From Gemmatimonadales bacterium (lineage in GTDB: Bacteria > Gemmatimonadota > Gemmatimonadetes > Gemmatimonadales > GWC2-71-9), in NCBI GenBank assembly GCA_038321865.1, contig JBBQFH010000034.1, positions 1 through 31,024 of the forward strand: 31,024 bases of DNA, written 5' to 3'. Below, piece after piece: positions 10,840 through 20,115 of this stretch (position 1 is its first letter; every line of letters begins with the position of its first letter). Below the pieces are notes generated by a model, which worked only from the letters and a program-made list of their open reading frames with translations, had not been told where the DNA came from and made no database searches. The translations under genes were made by a program, and so were the position numbers.

Positions 10840-13800
10840 CGGGACCGCTGGTTGGGGGTGTGGGTGACGGCCGTGGTGGTCACGGCTGGAGAGTGGCTGC
10901 GTGCGCCCTCGCTCGGCGCCGCCGCCGCTGCGGTGCTCACGGCCGTTGGGGCCGGCATCGCGCTATGGCCCCCGGGCGGCTGGCGTCACCGTCTGGGTTC
11001 GGTCGTATTCACCGGGCTGGCGGTCGCAGTCGCGCTGACACAGCGCCGCGTCACACTCATTGAGACCCGCTGGCCCGACCAGCTCGAAATGCGCATCCGG
11101 GCGGCGTCGGGCCGGCTGAGCGGTGATCTCCACGGCGCCTTTCGACTGGCCGAGCAGCTCGCGGCCGCCGGCGCAGTCGCCGCGAGCGGGAGCCAGGCTG
11201 CCGCGTTTCGCTCGCTCGCGTCGCGCGTGCCGTCGTCGGGAGCCGAAAGCGGCGTCGCCATTCTGGATCCCGGTGGCGCGCCGTGGGCCTGGGCCGGCCG
11301 GCAACGGCTCGCTCCGCTGGCATCCGGTGATTCGCTGGCGGCGCGCAGTACCGGATATTACCTCGTGCTGGAGACCCGCCGCCACTCCGCCAACGGCCGA
11401 ATCGTCGTGGCGAGCGTGCTCATCTGGGCGCATGCGGCGGTTGCCGACCGCAGTCGCAGCCTCGCGGAACTGTTCCGGGCCCGCACCGAGGTCGGGCTCG
11501 AGGTCTATGCGCCCGGCGCTGCCCCGAACACCGCGAACGTCTTCGACTACACCGAGCCCACGACCGCGGGCGACCGACTCCTGTTCAGCACGCAGCCGGT
11601 TCCGCCCAGTCAGAGCGAGGCGCGAACGCTCGCGCAGGCCGATGGCGCGCGTATCGTCGCGTGGCTGTTGCTGCTGGGGATCGGGCTGGCCTTTGCCGTT
11701 GTCCAGCACGCCACGCTGCGGTTCGGCCTGCTTCCCCTCGTGGTCTGGCTCGCCATCCGCGCCCCCATCGGTCCCGCGCTCGGCGTGCGCTCGCCGTTTT
11801 CCGCCGCGACGTTTTTTCTCCCGCTCCTCGGGCCGCTGACATCGTCGTCGGCGGCACTGGCGCTCGGAGGTGCACTGCTCGTGGTGGCCGGTGCAGCGCT
11901 CCTCCGCGTCAACAGCCGCGCCGGCTGGCTTGGCCTGGTTGGTGCGGCCTTCTGTTCGGTGGTAGCACCGCTCTTCATCGCGCTCGTGGGCCCGGGGATC
12001 ACCCCTCCGACTGACGGCGTGTCGATGCCGCTGTGGCTCACCTGGCAGCTCACGCTCTTTCTGCCTTCAGCCGGACTGGTGCTGCTTGCGGTCGCCGGAC
12101 TTCGGCGCGGCGGCTCGGCGAGCGCCCCGGTGTGGCCAGCCGCACTCGGCTGCGCACTGGCCATCGCTGCGGGGATCGGCGGGTTGTGGGGGTGGCAGCC
12201 CGCGAGCGGCCTGCCCGCAGGGTATCCGCTGCTCTGGCTGCCCGTCGTCCTGCTCATCCTCCTGCCGGCACCGCGCTGGGTCGCACTGGCGGCGATCGCG
12301 ACCGGTATCGGATCGCTGGCGGCCGTGATCACCTGGAGCACTGCCGTGGCCGGGCGGCTCGACGTTGCCGATCACGACCTGTCCCGTCTTGGCACCGCCG
12401 CCGACCCGTTTGCTGTCCCGTTGCTCGAGAGCTTTGCGACCGATCTGGGGCGGACGCCTTCGCTCTCACGTCAGGCGGCAATGTACGCGCTGTGGCGCCA
12501 GTCGCCGCTCTGGGGCCAGCGCTATCCGGCGCGGCTCACGCTCTGGAACGCAGCCGGCGCTCCGACCGCGGAGCTTCCGCTGGACATGCTGGGCGTACCC
12601 GATAGCGCGCTCGCGCCGCTGGTTCGCTCGCTTCCCGTGACCGTGGCGCGCCGCGTGACCGCATTTTCGGGCACGCCCGGCATGCACTATGTCCTCGTGG
12701 CCCGGGTGGACAGCGCCAGCATCCTGACGGTCGTCATCGGCCCGCGGTCGGCCCTGGTCGCCCCCAGCCGGCTCGGCCGGCTCCTGCATCCGATCGTGCG
12801 CTCCGCGCCGCTCTATCGCCTCGCACTGGCTCCCCCGGATGCGGTTCCTGCCCGCATTCCGGAAGGAGGACACTGGCGCCGCGACGGGTGGACCGCGCGC
12901 GCCGAACGGCTGCTCGAGCTGCCGGGGGGCGCCCGCCAGGTTCGCGGCGTCGTTGATCTGCGCGGCCCGGTGCCGCTGCTGGTCCGCGGCGCGCTGGTGC
13001 TCGCGGCGGATTTCGCCGTCCTCAGCCTGCTGGCGCTCGTCGCCGACCTGGCGGCCGTCGGAGTGACACGGCGACTGCGATGGCGCCAGTTTGGGCGCTC
13101 GTTCCGCCTCCGTCTCACTGGCGCGCTGGCGGTGTTCTTCATCGTCCCGACACTCGCCTTCGCCGCGTGGACCGTCACGCATTTTCGGGAGGAGGCGCAA
13201 ACCGGCCGCGATCTCCTGATCACCGAATCGCTTCGCGATCCGGCGCTGTCCGAAGCCGCACTGACGCTGCCGCGTGGCCTGGCGCTCGACTCCGCGCTTA
13301 CCGCGCTCAGCGACCGTGTCAATGCCGATCTCGCGCTCTATCGAGGGGGTACCTTCAATGCCGCCAGCGCGCCGATCCTGCCGGAGCTCGGCGTGATCGG
13401 TCCCCTGATGGAGCCGGGTGCCTATCGGTCGCTCGCGCTGGACGGCGAGCTCGAGGTGACCCGGGACGGGGCGATTCCGACCCTCGCCGAGCGAGTGGGC
13501 TATCGGGTCGTGCGGCCAGGCCCCCCGGATCAGCTCGGTGTCGTGGCCACGCCCCAGGTGGCCGACATCGAGTCCGTCGGCACGCCCACAAAACAGGCCG
13601 ATCTCGCGCTGGTGCTGCTGCTGGCGACACTCGCCGGCGCGTGCGCGGCGGTGCTGTCGGCGGGCGTCGCGGGCCGGGCGCTTTCACGGCCGGTGTCCGA
13701 TCTCAGGCGCTCCGCGCTCGCACTCGGGCGGGGCGACCCGATGCCGGGCGACATCGCGTCGCCCCCGTTCGAGTTCGAACCGGTGTTCGGGGCGTTCAGG

Positions 13801-14826
13801 CGCATGGCCGCCGACATCAGTCTCAGCCGGGCCGCACTGGAAGAGGCCCGTCGGCGGACCGCGACCGTTCTCGCCACGGTCGCGACCGGTGTCGTCGGGC
13901 TCGATACCGACGGGCGGGTGCTGATCGCCAACCGCCAGGCGATCGATCTGCTGGGGACTCCCCTCGACGAAGGGGCGGCGTTCGCTGCGAGCCTGGACGC
14001 CCGCTGGGGTGAGCTGGTCCGCGTGCTGGCAACCTTTCTGCGCGATCCGATCCACGCAGCCTCGGGGACCGAGCTGACGGCCGGTGGCCGGCGGATCGCC
14101 CTGCAGCTCGCGCCGCTTGGCCCGGAAGTGAGCGGTGTGGTGCTGGCGCTCAACGACGTGACTGATCTCTCCCGCGCCGAGCGGGTGTTGGCGTGGGGGG
14201 AAATGGCGCGGCAGGTGGCGCATGAGATCAAGAATCCGCTTACCCCGGTTCGGCTCGGCATCCAGCACCTCCAGCGGGCTCATCGGGATGGGCGCCCCGA
14301 CTTCGACCGCACGCTCGAGGAAACCGCGCAACGGATTCTGGTCGAGATCGATCGGCTCGATACCATCGCACGCGCATTCAGCCGATTCGCCGCGCCCAGC
14401 GCCGAGCAGCAGGCGCTCGAGCGGCTCGATCTTGCCGCCGTCGCGATGGAGGTGGTGCAGCTGTACCGGCTCGCGGGAGAGGGGGCGGAGGTTGCGCTGG
14501 ATGCGCCCGAGCATACGTGGGCTGCGGCGCGTCGCGACGAGGTCAAGGAGGTGCTGGTCAATCTGCTCGAGAACGCCCGGAATGCGGGTGCGCGCGCCAT
14601 CACGATACGCGTGCGTTCGGGGCGGCTCGTCGTCCTCGATGATGGCGCCGGGATCCCTCCGGAGCAGATGGCGCGGATCTTCGAGCCACGGTTCTCCACG
14701 ACCACGAGCGGCTCGGGTCTCGGGTTGCCGATCGTGCGGCGGCTGGTCGAGGGATGGGGGGGAGAAGTGAGTGTGACCAGCGAGCCGGGGCAGGGGACGA
14801 CCGTAACGGTGACGCTCCTGCCCTAG
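10831..14826 (+). CDS. Large multi-TM sensor histidine kinase (HAMP-PAS-HisKA-HATPase, NtrY-like C-terminus)
   Basis: Many TM segments; ARQVAHEIKNPLTP H-box, NLLENA, DDGAGI, FSTTTSGSGLGL, SEPGQGT. Start uncertain (TTG 10831, TTG 10852 or GTG 10858). Confidence 0.9.
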   Translation: MSHRDRWLGVWVTAVVVTAGEWLRAPSLGAAAAAVLTAVGAGIALWPPGGWRHRLGSVVFTGLAVAVALTQRRVTLIETRWPDQLEMRIRAASGRLSGDLHGAFRLAEQLAAAGAVAASGSQAAAFRSLASRVPSSGAESGVAILDPGGAPWAWAGRQRLAPLASGDSLAARSTGYYLVLETRRHSANGRIVVASVLIWAHAAVADRSRSLAELFRARTEVGLEVYAPGAAPNTANVFDYTEPTTAGDRLLFSTQPVPPSQSEARTLAQADGARIVAWLLLLGIGLAFAVVQHATLRFGLLPLVVWLAIRAPIGPALGVRSPFSAATFFLPLLGPLTSSSAALALGGALLVVAGAALLRVNSRAGWLGLVGAAFCSVVAPLFIALVGPGITPPTDGVSMPLWLTWQLTLFLPSAGLVLLAVAGLRRGGSASAPVWPAALGCALAIAAGIGGLWGWQPASGLPAGYPLLWLPVVLLILLPAPRWVALAAIATGIGSLAAVITWSTAVAGRLDVADHDLSRLGTAADPFAVPLLESFATDLGRTPSLSRQAAMYALWRQSPLWGQRYPARLTLWNAAGAPTAELPLDMLGVPDSALAPLVRSLPVTVARRVTAFSGTPGMHYVLVARVDSASILTVVIGPRSALVAPSRLGRLLHPIVRSAPLYRLALAPPDAVPARIPEGGHWRRDGWTARAERLLELPGGARQVRGVVDLRGPVPLLVRGALVLAADFAVLSLLALVADLAAVGVTRRLRWRQFGRSFRLRLTGALAVFFIVPTLAFAAWTVTHFREEAQTGRDLLITESLRDPALSEAALTLPRGLALDSALTALSDRVNADLALYRGGTFNAASAPILPELGVIGPLMEPGAYRSLALDGELEVTRDGAIPTLAERVGYRVVRPGPPDQLGVVATPQVADIESVGTPTKQADLALVLLLATLAGACAAVLSAGVAGRALSRPVSDLRRSALALGRGDPMPGDIASPPFEFEPVFGAFRRMAADISLSRAALEEARRRTATVLATVATGVVGLDTDGRVLIANRQAIDLLGTPLDEGAAFAASLDARWGELVRVLATFLRDPIHAASGTELTAGGRRIALQLAPLGPEVSGVVLALNDVTDLSRAERVLAWGEMARQVAHEIKNPLTPVRLGIQHLQRAHRDGRPDFDRTLEETAQRILVEIDRLDTIARAFSRFAAPSAEQQALERLDLAAVAMEVVQLYRLAGEGAEVALDAPEHTWAAARRDEVKEVLVNLLENARNAGARAITIRVRSGRLVVLDDGAGIPPEQMARIFEPRFSTTTSGSGLGLPIVRRLVEGWGGEVSVTSEPGQGTTVTVTLLP

Positions 14827-16382
14827 CGAGCCGCCATCGGATTTTCGGTGAGCGCAATCAGCGAGCGCTGCGTTGGCGCCCGTCGGAGGAGCACGGCCGC
14901 ACTCCGCACGAGGCGATCGTCCGCTGCCCTGCGGCTCACCTCGCCCGCCTCGCCCCACCGCTGCCGGGCGATCACATAGCCGAGTTCCCGGCTCACCAGT
15001 CCCGACGCCGCATCGAACACCCCCCACCTGACCGGCACTCCGCGTTCAGCGAGCGCCCGCCAGAGCTGGTTGCGCATGTGATCGCTCACGGTGAATCCGC
15101 CTGAGGTGATCGCGCCCTCGCCGATGATCGCGGCCGCGCTGGCGGCGAGCGCCGCCCGATAGGCGTTGGGCGCCAGGCGCACCTGCCGGACGAAGGCGAC
15201 GTCCGACGGCTCGCTGAATCGCGGGCGGACGAGGAGGTCGGGCTGGATGGCACGTCCGGCGTCCATCGGGCGCCCGCCCGCCGACCGGTAGACGCTGTCG
15301 TGTGCCGCACGAATGGAATCGGCTTCGCGCTGGATGGTGCGTCCACTGGGAGCGTACCAGCGAGCGGTCGTGAACTTGACGGCCACCTCACCCTCGAGCG
15401 GGAACGTGGTCTGGATCACGCCCTTGCCGTACGTGGGCGTGCCGATCACGACGGCTCGGTCGTGGTCCTGCAGCGCGGCCGCAATCACTTCCGCCGAGCT
15501 GGCGGTCTGGCGGTTGACGAGGACGACCAGCGACAGGTCGGGCCACGGCTGCGCGAGCCGGGCGACGTGCGCCTTCACCGGCATGCTGCCCCGTCCGCGC
15601 ATGACGGCGATCGTGTCACCGGGGTTGAGGAACAACTCGGCGATCTCTACCCCCTGCGAGATCAGCCCGCCGGGGTTGCGTCGGAGATCGAGCACCAGCG
15701 AGCGCATGCCCTGGCTCCGCAGCGTGACGACGGCATCCATCAGCTCACGTGCCGAAGCCTGCGTGACGGCATGGAGGGCCAGGTAACCGATGTTCTCCCC
15801 AAGCATCACCCCGGGCGACACCGCCGGCACGTGGACCGCCGTGCGCTCGACCCGGCGCAGCACGGGGGTGCCGCCGCGGGGCCGAATCAGGAGGTTGATG
15901 ACACTCGCGGTGTCGCGCGCGAGAAGATCGGCGGCTTCGGCATCCGTCATGCCGGCGGTCGAGCGTCCGTCGACGGCCAGGATATCGTCGCCGGGATTGA
16001 TGCCTCGCCCGGGGGTCGTGAACCCGAAGCTCCAGCCCGACACGGCGCCCCCCTCCTGCGCTACTGTGGGCGCCGCCAGCTGAATCCGGGTGCCCGAGAG
16101 CTGCTGATTGAACCGGCGAAAGGCGTCGGCAAGGAGGAGTTCAGCGTAGGGATCGTGAAGCGAGCGGACGAGCTCGCTGGTGGCGCGGAGGTACAGCGAG
16201 TCGGGCTCAACGGGATCGACGTAATTGCGGCTGATCGTCTCGACGGCGCGGCCCAGCACCCGGGCATCCCGGGCCCGCGCCCGATCGACGCCGGCTGGCC
16301 GCGTCATGTAGCGGGTCGCGAGCCCGCCGACCCCGAAGCTCACGATGGCCAGCGCGACGACCGGGAGCCAGCGGGCACGCAT
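14823..16382 (-). CDS. S41 family carboxyl-terminal processing protease (PDZ + peptidase)
   Basis: Signal/TM, SLHDPYA, PDZ (GDDILAVDG), LDLRRNPGG, TASSAE (Ser), TYGKGVIQ (Lys), TTARWYAPSGRTIQ. Confidence 0.93.
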   Translation of the reverse strand: MRARWLPVVALAIVSFGVGGLATRYMTRPAGVDRARARDARVLGRAVETISRNYVDPVEPDSLYLRATSELVRSLHDPYAELLLADAFRRFNQQLSGTRIQLAAPTVAQEGGAVSGWSFGFTTPGRGINPGDDILAVDGRSTAGMTDAEAADLLARDTASVINLLIRPRGGTPVLRRVERTAVHVPAVSPGVMLGENIGYLALHAVTQASARELMDAVVTLRSQGMRSLVLDLRRNPGGLISQGVEIAELFLNPGDTIAVMRGRGSMPVKAHVARLAQPWPDLSLVVLVNRQTASSAEVIAAALQDHDRAVVIGTPTYGKGVIQTTFPLEGEVAVKFTTARWYAPSGRTIQREADSIRAAHDSVYRSAGGRPMDAGRAIQPDLLVRPRFSEPSDVAFVRQVRLAPNAYRAALAASAAAIIGEGAITSGGFTVSDHMRNQLWRALAERGVPVRWGVFDAASGLVSRELGYVIARQRWGEAGEVSRRAADDRLVRSAAVLLRRAPTQRSLIALTENPMAAR

Positions 16383-16386
16383 GGCG

Positions 16387-18219
16387 CTAGGCGGCCATCC
16401 CGGCCGCAGGGAGACCGTGGCGTTCGAGCAGCCGGATTGCATCCGGGCCGTCGATCGTCTCGAGCTCCAGAAGGGACTCGCCCAGCGCCTCGAGCGGGAC
16501 GCGGTGTGCTTCCATGAGTGCCACCGCGCGGCCGTAGAGTCCGTCGATGATCGCGCGCACCTCGCGGTCCATGGCGGCGTGAAGTTCGCCGCTCACCGGT
16601 CCCGTCGAGCTGTCGTAGATCATCAGCCCCGTTGAAGCGCCCATGCCGAGATTGTAGACCATTTCCTTGGCGATGCGCGTCACATGCTGAAGGTCGCTGC
16701 GCGCGCCGCTCGTGATTGCATCGTTCCCGAACATGACCTGCTCCGCGGCACGGCCGCCCAGGCCTTTGAGGATCTGACCTTCCAGATACCGGCGCGAATG
16801 CAAGTGCTGATCGCCGTCCGGGGAGAAGAACGCGACGCCCATCGCCTGGCCGCGCGGCTGGATCGTGACCTTGTGCAGGCCGTCCTCCGGGCAGCACAGC
16901 ACTCCGGCAAGCGCGTGGCCGGCCTCGTGCATCGCAACGACGCGCCATTCGCGGTCGGAGGCCCGGAACCCCGTCCGCTCCTTGCCAAGCAGCAGTCGGT
17001 CACGCGCCGACTCGATGTGTCCCCATTCCACTTCCGCGGTACCGTTCCGCGCCGCGACGATGGCCGCTTCGTTCAGCAGGTTCGCCAGGTCGGCCCCGCT
17101 GGTCTGCGGCATCAGGCGCGCAAGGCGCCCGAGGTCCACGCCCGCGTCGAGCGGCACCTGCCGTTGCCTCGCGTGCAGGCGGAGAATCGCTTCCCGCTCC
17201 GTGGCACTCGGCAGCGAGACCGAAACCGACCGGTCGAACCGTCCGGGACGCATGAGCGCCGGATCCAGGTCCTCCGCGCGGTTGGTCGCCGCGATCACCA
17301 CGACACCATCGGTCGGCGAAAAGCCGTCCAGCTCGATCAGCAGCTGGTTGAGCGTGCGATCGTCCTCGTTGTGGGACTGGTTGCGGCCGCGCCGGCCACC
17401 CAGTGCGTCAATCTCATCGATAAAGATCACGCCGCCGCTCTTTCGGGCCTTCTTGAACAGTGACTTGAGGCGCATGACGCCGAGCCCGACGATGAACCCG
17501 GTAACCTCGGAGCCGGAAATGCTCCAGAATGGGACGCCGGCCTCACCCGCCACGGCGCGCGCCATGAGGGTCTTGCCGGTACCCGGAGGTCCGAACATGA
17601 GGACTCCCTTTGGCGTGCGGGCGCCGACCCGGCCGAACTTGGCGGGCGTCTTCAGGAACTCGACGATCTCGCGGAGTTCGGACACGGCGCCCTCATTCCC
17701 GGCGACGTTGTCGAAGGACATGTCCGATTGAGTCGTCTTGCCGAGATCGGTGCCGCCACCCTGTCCGCCTCCCATCTGTTTCCGGACGACCGCAGCGAGC
17801 GCGAGCACCAGAATCAGGGTGATGGCGATGTTGGCGTACGCCATCCTGTCGGCGCCCGCGTTGCGGAAGGTGATGTTCACGCCCGCTGCCTCGGCCCGCC
17901 GCACCAATCCATCCACGTCGCTGGTCGAGTAGACCACCCGGAAGGGCTTGTCGGTGGAAGCCGCGCTGGTCAGCCATCCCAACACCTGCTCGCCGGGCAC
18001 GATCGCGATCGAGTCAACGCGCCCCTCGCTCATCGCGGTAAGGAGGGTGGAGTAGGTCAGCGTCGCGGCGCCGGTGCGCGTTGACGGGCGATGCATGCCG
18101 TACGCGAGCGCAGCAGCCAGGATGATCGCCAATCCGAGTGCGCCCCCGATGAAGCGGGTGCGCCGACGGGTGCGGGCGCCGTTACGTGGCAGCGCTGATT
18201 CGGAGTTGGGGAGCTGCAT
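16387..18219 (-). CDS. ftsH: FtsH-family ATP-dependent zinc metalloprotease (paralog)
   Basis: Two N-terminal TMs, GPPGTGKT, IFIDEID, AATNR..LDPALMRPGRFDR, HEAGH, GGRAAE, GARSD. Confidence 0.93.
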   Translation of the reverse strand: MQLPNSESALPRNGARTRRRTRFIGGALGLAIILAAALAYGMHRPSTRTGAATLTYSTLLTAMSEGRVDSIAIVPGEQVLGWLTSAASTDKPFRVVYSTSDVDGLVRRAEAAGVNITFRNAGADRMAYANIAITLILVLALAAVVRKQMGGGQGGGTDLGKTTQSDMSFDNVAGNEGAVSELREIVEFLKTPAKFGRVGARTPKGVLMFGPPGTGKTLMARAVAGEAGVPFWSISGSEVTGFIVGLGVMRLKSLFKKARKSGGVIFIDEIDALGGRRGRNQSHNEDDRTLNQLLIELDGFSPTDGVVVIAATNRAEDLDPALMRPGRFDRSVSVSLPSATEREAILRLHARQRQVPLDAGVDLGRLARLMPQTSGADLANLLNEAAIVAARNGTAEVEWGHIESARDRLLLGKERTGFRASDREWRVVAMHEAGHALAGVLCCPEDGLHKVTIQPRGQAMGVAFFSPDGDQHLHSRRYLEGQILKGLGGRAAEQVMFGNDAITSGARSDLQHVTRIAKEMVYNLGMGASTGLMIYDSSTGPVSGELHAAMDREVRAIIDGLYGRAVALMEAHRVPLEALGESLLELETIDGPDAIRLLERHGLPAAGMAA

Positions 18220-19334
18220 CAGTCAGTATCCGGAGTATCTATTTGACGGCGCGTGGCGTTGAGCCACGGAGCCGGGGCGAGCAGCGTGCCCGCAAGTGGG
18301 TGATAACGGTAGATCGGTTGTGCAATCAGGCGCCGCGCCATCGCGCGGGTGCCGGGGACCAGTCGCTCATACGCTCCCAGGAGGTCCAGGGCAGCGTCGG
18401 CCGGCAGATCGGCCGCTGCCGAGGTCTGCAGGAAATGGACCGCGAATGCGACGGCCTCCGCCTGGTGCTCGTTGTCGTTGCCGTAACCGTAGCGCAGCGA
18501 ATCGCGGATGGCGGGGATTCCAACCCAGAGGGCAGCCACCTCGTCGGGGGCGGCCCGCTGCCAGCGGTGCGCGAGCTCGTGCGCGAGCGCATGGCGAAGC
18601 TGGGCACCGTTCGTCATTCGTGCGGGGGACAACGAAACCGAGTCTCGCGAACCCATGAACTCGCCCAGCCGGCCTGCGCGCTGGCCACGCTCGCCGACCA
18701 GACCGATCGCCCGGGTCGGGCTGCCGAAAAGTCGAAACATCGAGTCGGCATACCCGGAGGACGCCAGCTCATGGATCAGGGCCAGTTGCGCGCTGGTATC
18801 GCGCGAGTCGGCCAGCGCGACCGCGTCGCTGGCCCAGGCGTCGCCCAGACTGTCCACCCGGTCCGGATCGGTTGCCAGCTGCTCCAGGATGCCGGGGGAA
18901 GCGGTCTCGAGGACGCCACCGTCCAGGTGCAATACGTAGACGGCGTCTCTGCTGCTGCGATCGACCTCAAGGATGGAGACTGCCGCGCGGCGCGCGATTC
19001 CACCCTGTCGGGGAACCAACCGGAACAACGGATACGCGACCGCCGCGGTTCCGTCAGCCGGCCGAAAGACCAGCGCACCGCCGGAAACCGTCATGGTTCC
19101 CGGCGTCGGCGGTAGGCCGCCAATCGAGAGCAGTCCCTGGCGGGAGCCGGCGGAGCGCCAACCGATGCGGAGCCGAGCCGCGATGGAGTCGTGCCCGGCC
19201 GGGCGAACCGTAGCCACAGGTGGCGCGTCCGCGGCGGCGCGATACCCAGCGGCGGCCATGGGCCGGACCGGCTCCCTCAGCCCCGCGAATGCCACCAGCG
19301 CGGCACCGATCAGGGCGGCAGCGGCGCGACTCAT
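18219..19334 (-). CDS. Exported protein with a zincin-like HExxH motif
   Basis: N-terminal hydrophobic signal; LRHALAHELAHRW followed by YGYGNDNEHQAEAVA; TGATG coupling to ftsH. Confidence 0.7.
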   Translation of the reverse strand: MSRAAAALIGAALVAFAGLREPVRPMAAAGYRAAADAPPVATVRPAGHDSIAARLRIGWRSAGSRQGLLSIGGLPPTPGTMTVSGGALVFRPADGTAAVAYPLFRLVPRQGGIARRAAVSILEVDRSSRDAVYVLHLDGGVLETASPGILEQLATDPDRVDSLGDAWASDAVALADSRDTSAQLALIHELASSGYADSMFRLFGSPTRAIGLVGERGQRAGRLGEFMGSRDSVSLSPARMTNGAQLRHALAHELAHRWQRAAPDEVAALWVGIPAIRDSLRYGYGNDNEHQAEAVAFAVHFLQTSAAADLPADAALDLLGAYERLVPGTRAMARRLIAQPIYRYHPLAGTLLAPAPWLNATRRQIDTPDTD

Positions 19335-19343
19335 GGCGTGGCG

Positions 19344-19553
19344 TCAGGGCTGCGCGGAGCCGGCGCGCGCCAGCGTCGACTGTGCCACCGGGCCGGACGA
19401 GTCCACGTCGTCGGCCCAGGTGATGTCGATCAGGTGCACGGTCAGCGACAGGATCATGACCAGCAGCGTGGTCATGACGGCGCGCGGCCACAGGGCACGA
19501 TCAGGGCGGGTGAAATCGATGCCGGCGGGCGGTGTCAGGTCGTGCTGCGTCAT
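19344..19553 (-). CDS. Small single-TM hypothetical protein (69 aa)
   Basis: AVMTTLLVMILSLTVHLI hydrophobic segment; GC3-rich codons; ends 9 nt before the next start. Confidence 0.6.
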   Translation of the reverse strand: MTQHDLTPPAGIDFTRPDRALWPRAVMTTLLVMILSLTVHLIDITWADDVDSSGPVAQSTLARAGSAQP

Positions 19554-19691
19554 ACGGGGTACCGGTTGGCGGTCGGACAGGCTCGGGGGGAGTGTCAAGT
19601 TATACGACAGTAGCTGTCGCGCGTCTCAGGAGTGCAGATTCCGGGCCGCGTCTGACGTAGCTTCCGAAGCAATTGTGTATGAATGATTTAT

Positions 19692-19719
19692 AAGATATTA
19701 AACGTGCGGCAGGCGTCAA
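19692..19719 (-). promoter_or_regulatory. Putative sigma70 promoter for the protease operon
   Basis: TTGACG-N16-TATCTT in a conspicuously AT-rich patch (19670-19705). Confidence 0.45.
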
Positions 19720-19884
19720 GAGGCCAAGAACCGACCGTCACTTCGCAGCAAAATACGCAAAAAGTTGGCGGTCACGGGCCCCAGCAGCCGCCCGGTGCGG
19801 TTTCCCGGTCAGCGGCGCGTGGGGACGGTCCCGGCTTCAGCCGGGGAACTGCTAACGTCAGCCGATCGCCACCCACGGGGCCCA

Positions 19885-20115
19885 ATGCTCGCTCGTGTCC
19901 GATCCGCCGCCGTGCTCGGCGTCGATGCCTACATCGTTGAGGTCGAGGTGGACATCGTGAACGGACTCCCCTCGTTCTCCACGGTGGGGTTGCCGCACGG
20001 AGCGGTGCGGGAGGGCCGAGAGCGGGTCGGGGCCGCCATCGCGAACGCCGGGTTCCAGCTTCCCCTCAAGCGGATCACCGTCAACCTCGCCCCGGCGAAC
20101 CTCCCATCACACTAA
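19885..20115 (+). pseudogene. comM: 5' fragment of comM/yifB (Mg-chelatase-like AAA+ ATPase), interrupted by an integrated element
   Basis: [62 protein letters not shown], then diverges to NLPSH-stop; full ComM is about 500 aa. Confidence 0.93.
20081..20110. other. Left attachment junction of the element (crossover in or just after the NLAPA codons)
   Basis: ComM similarity ends at ~20097-20105; the recombinase gene ends across this point; composition changes afterwards. Exact crossover dinucleotide cannot be determined without the other end. Confidence 0.7.
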
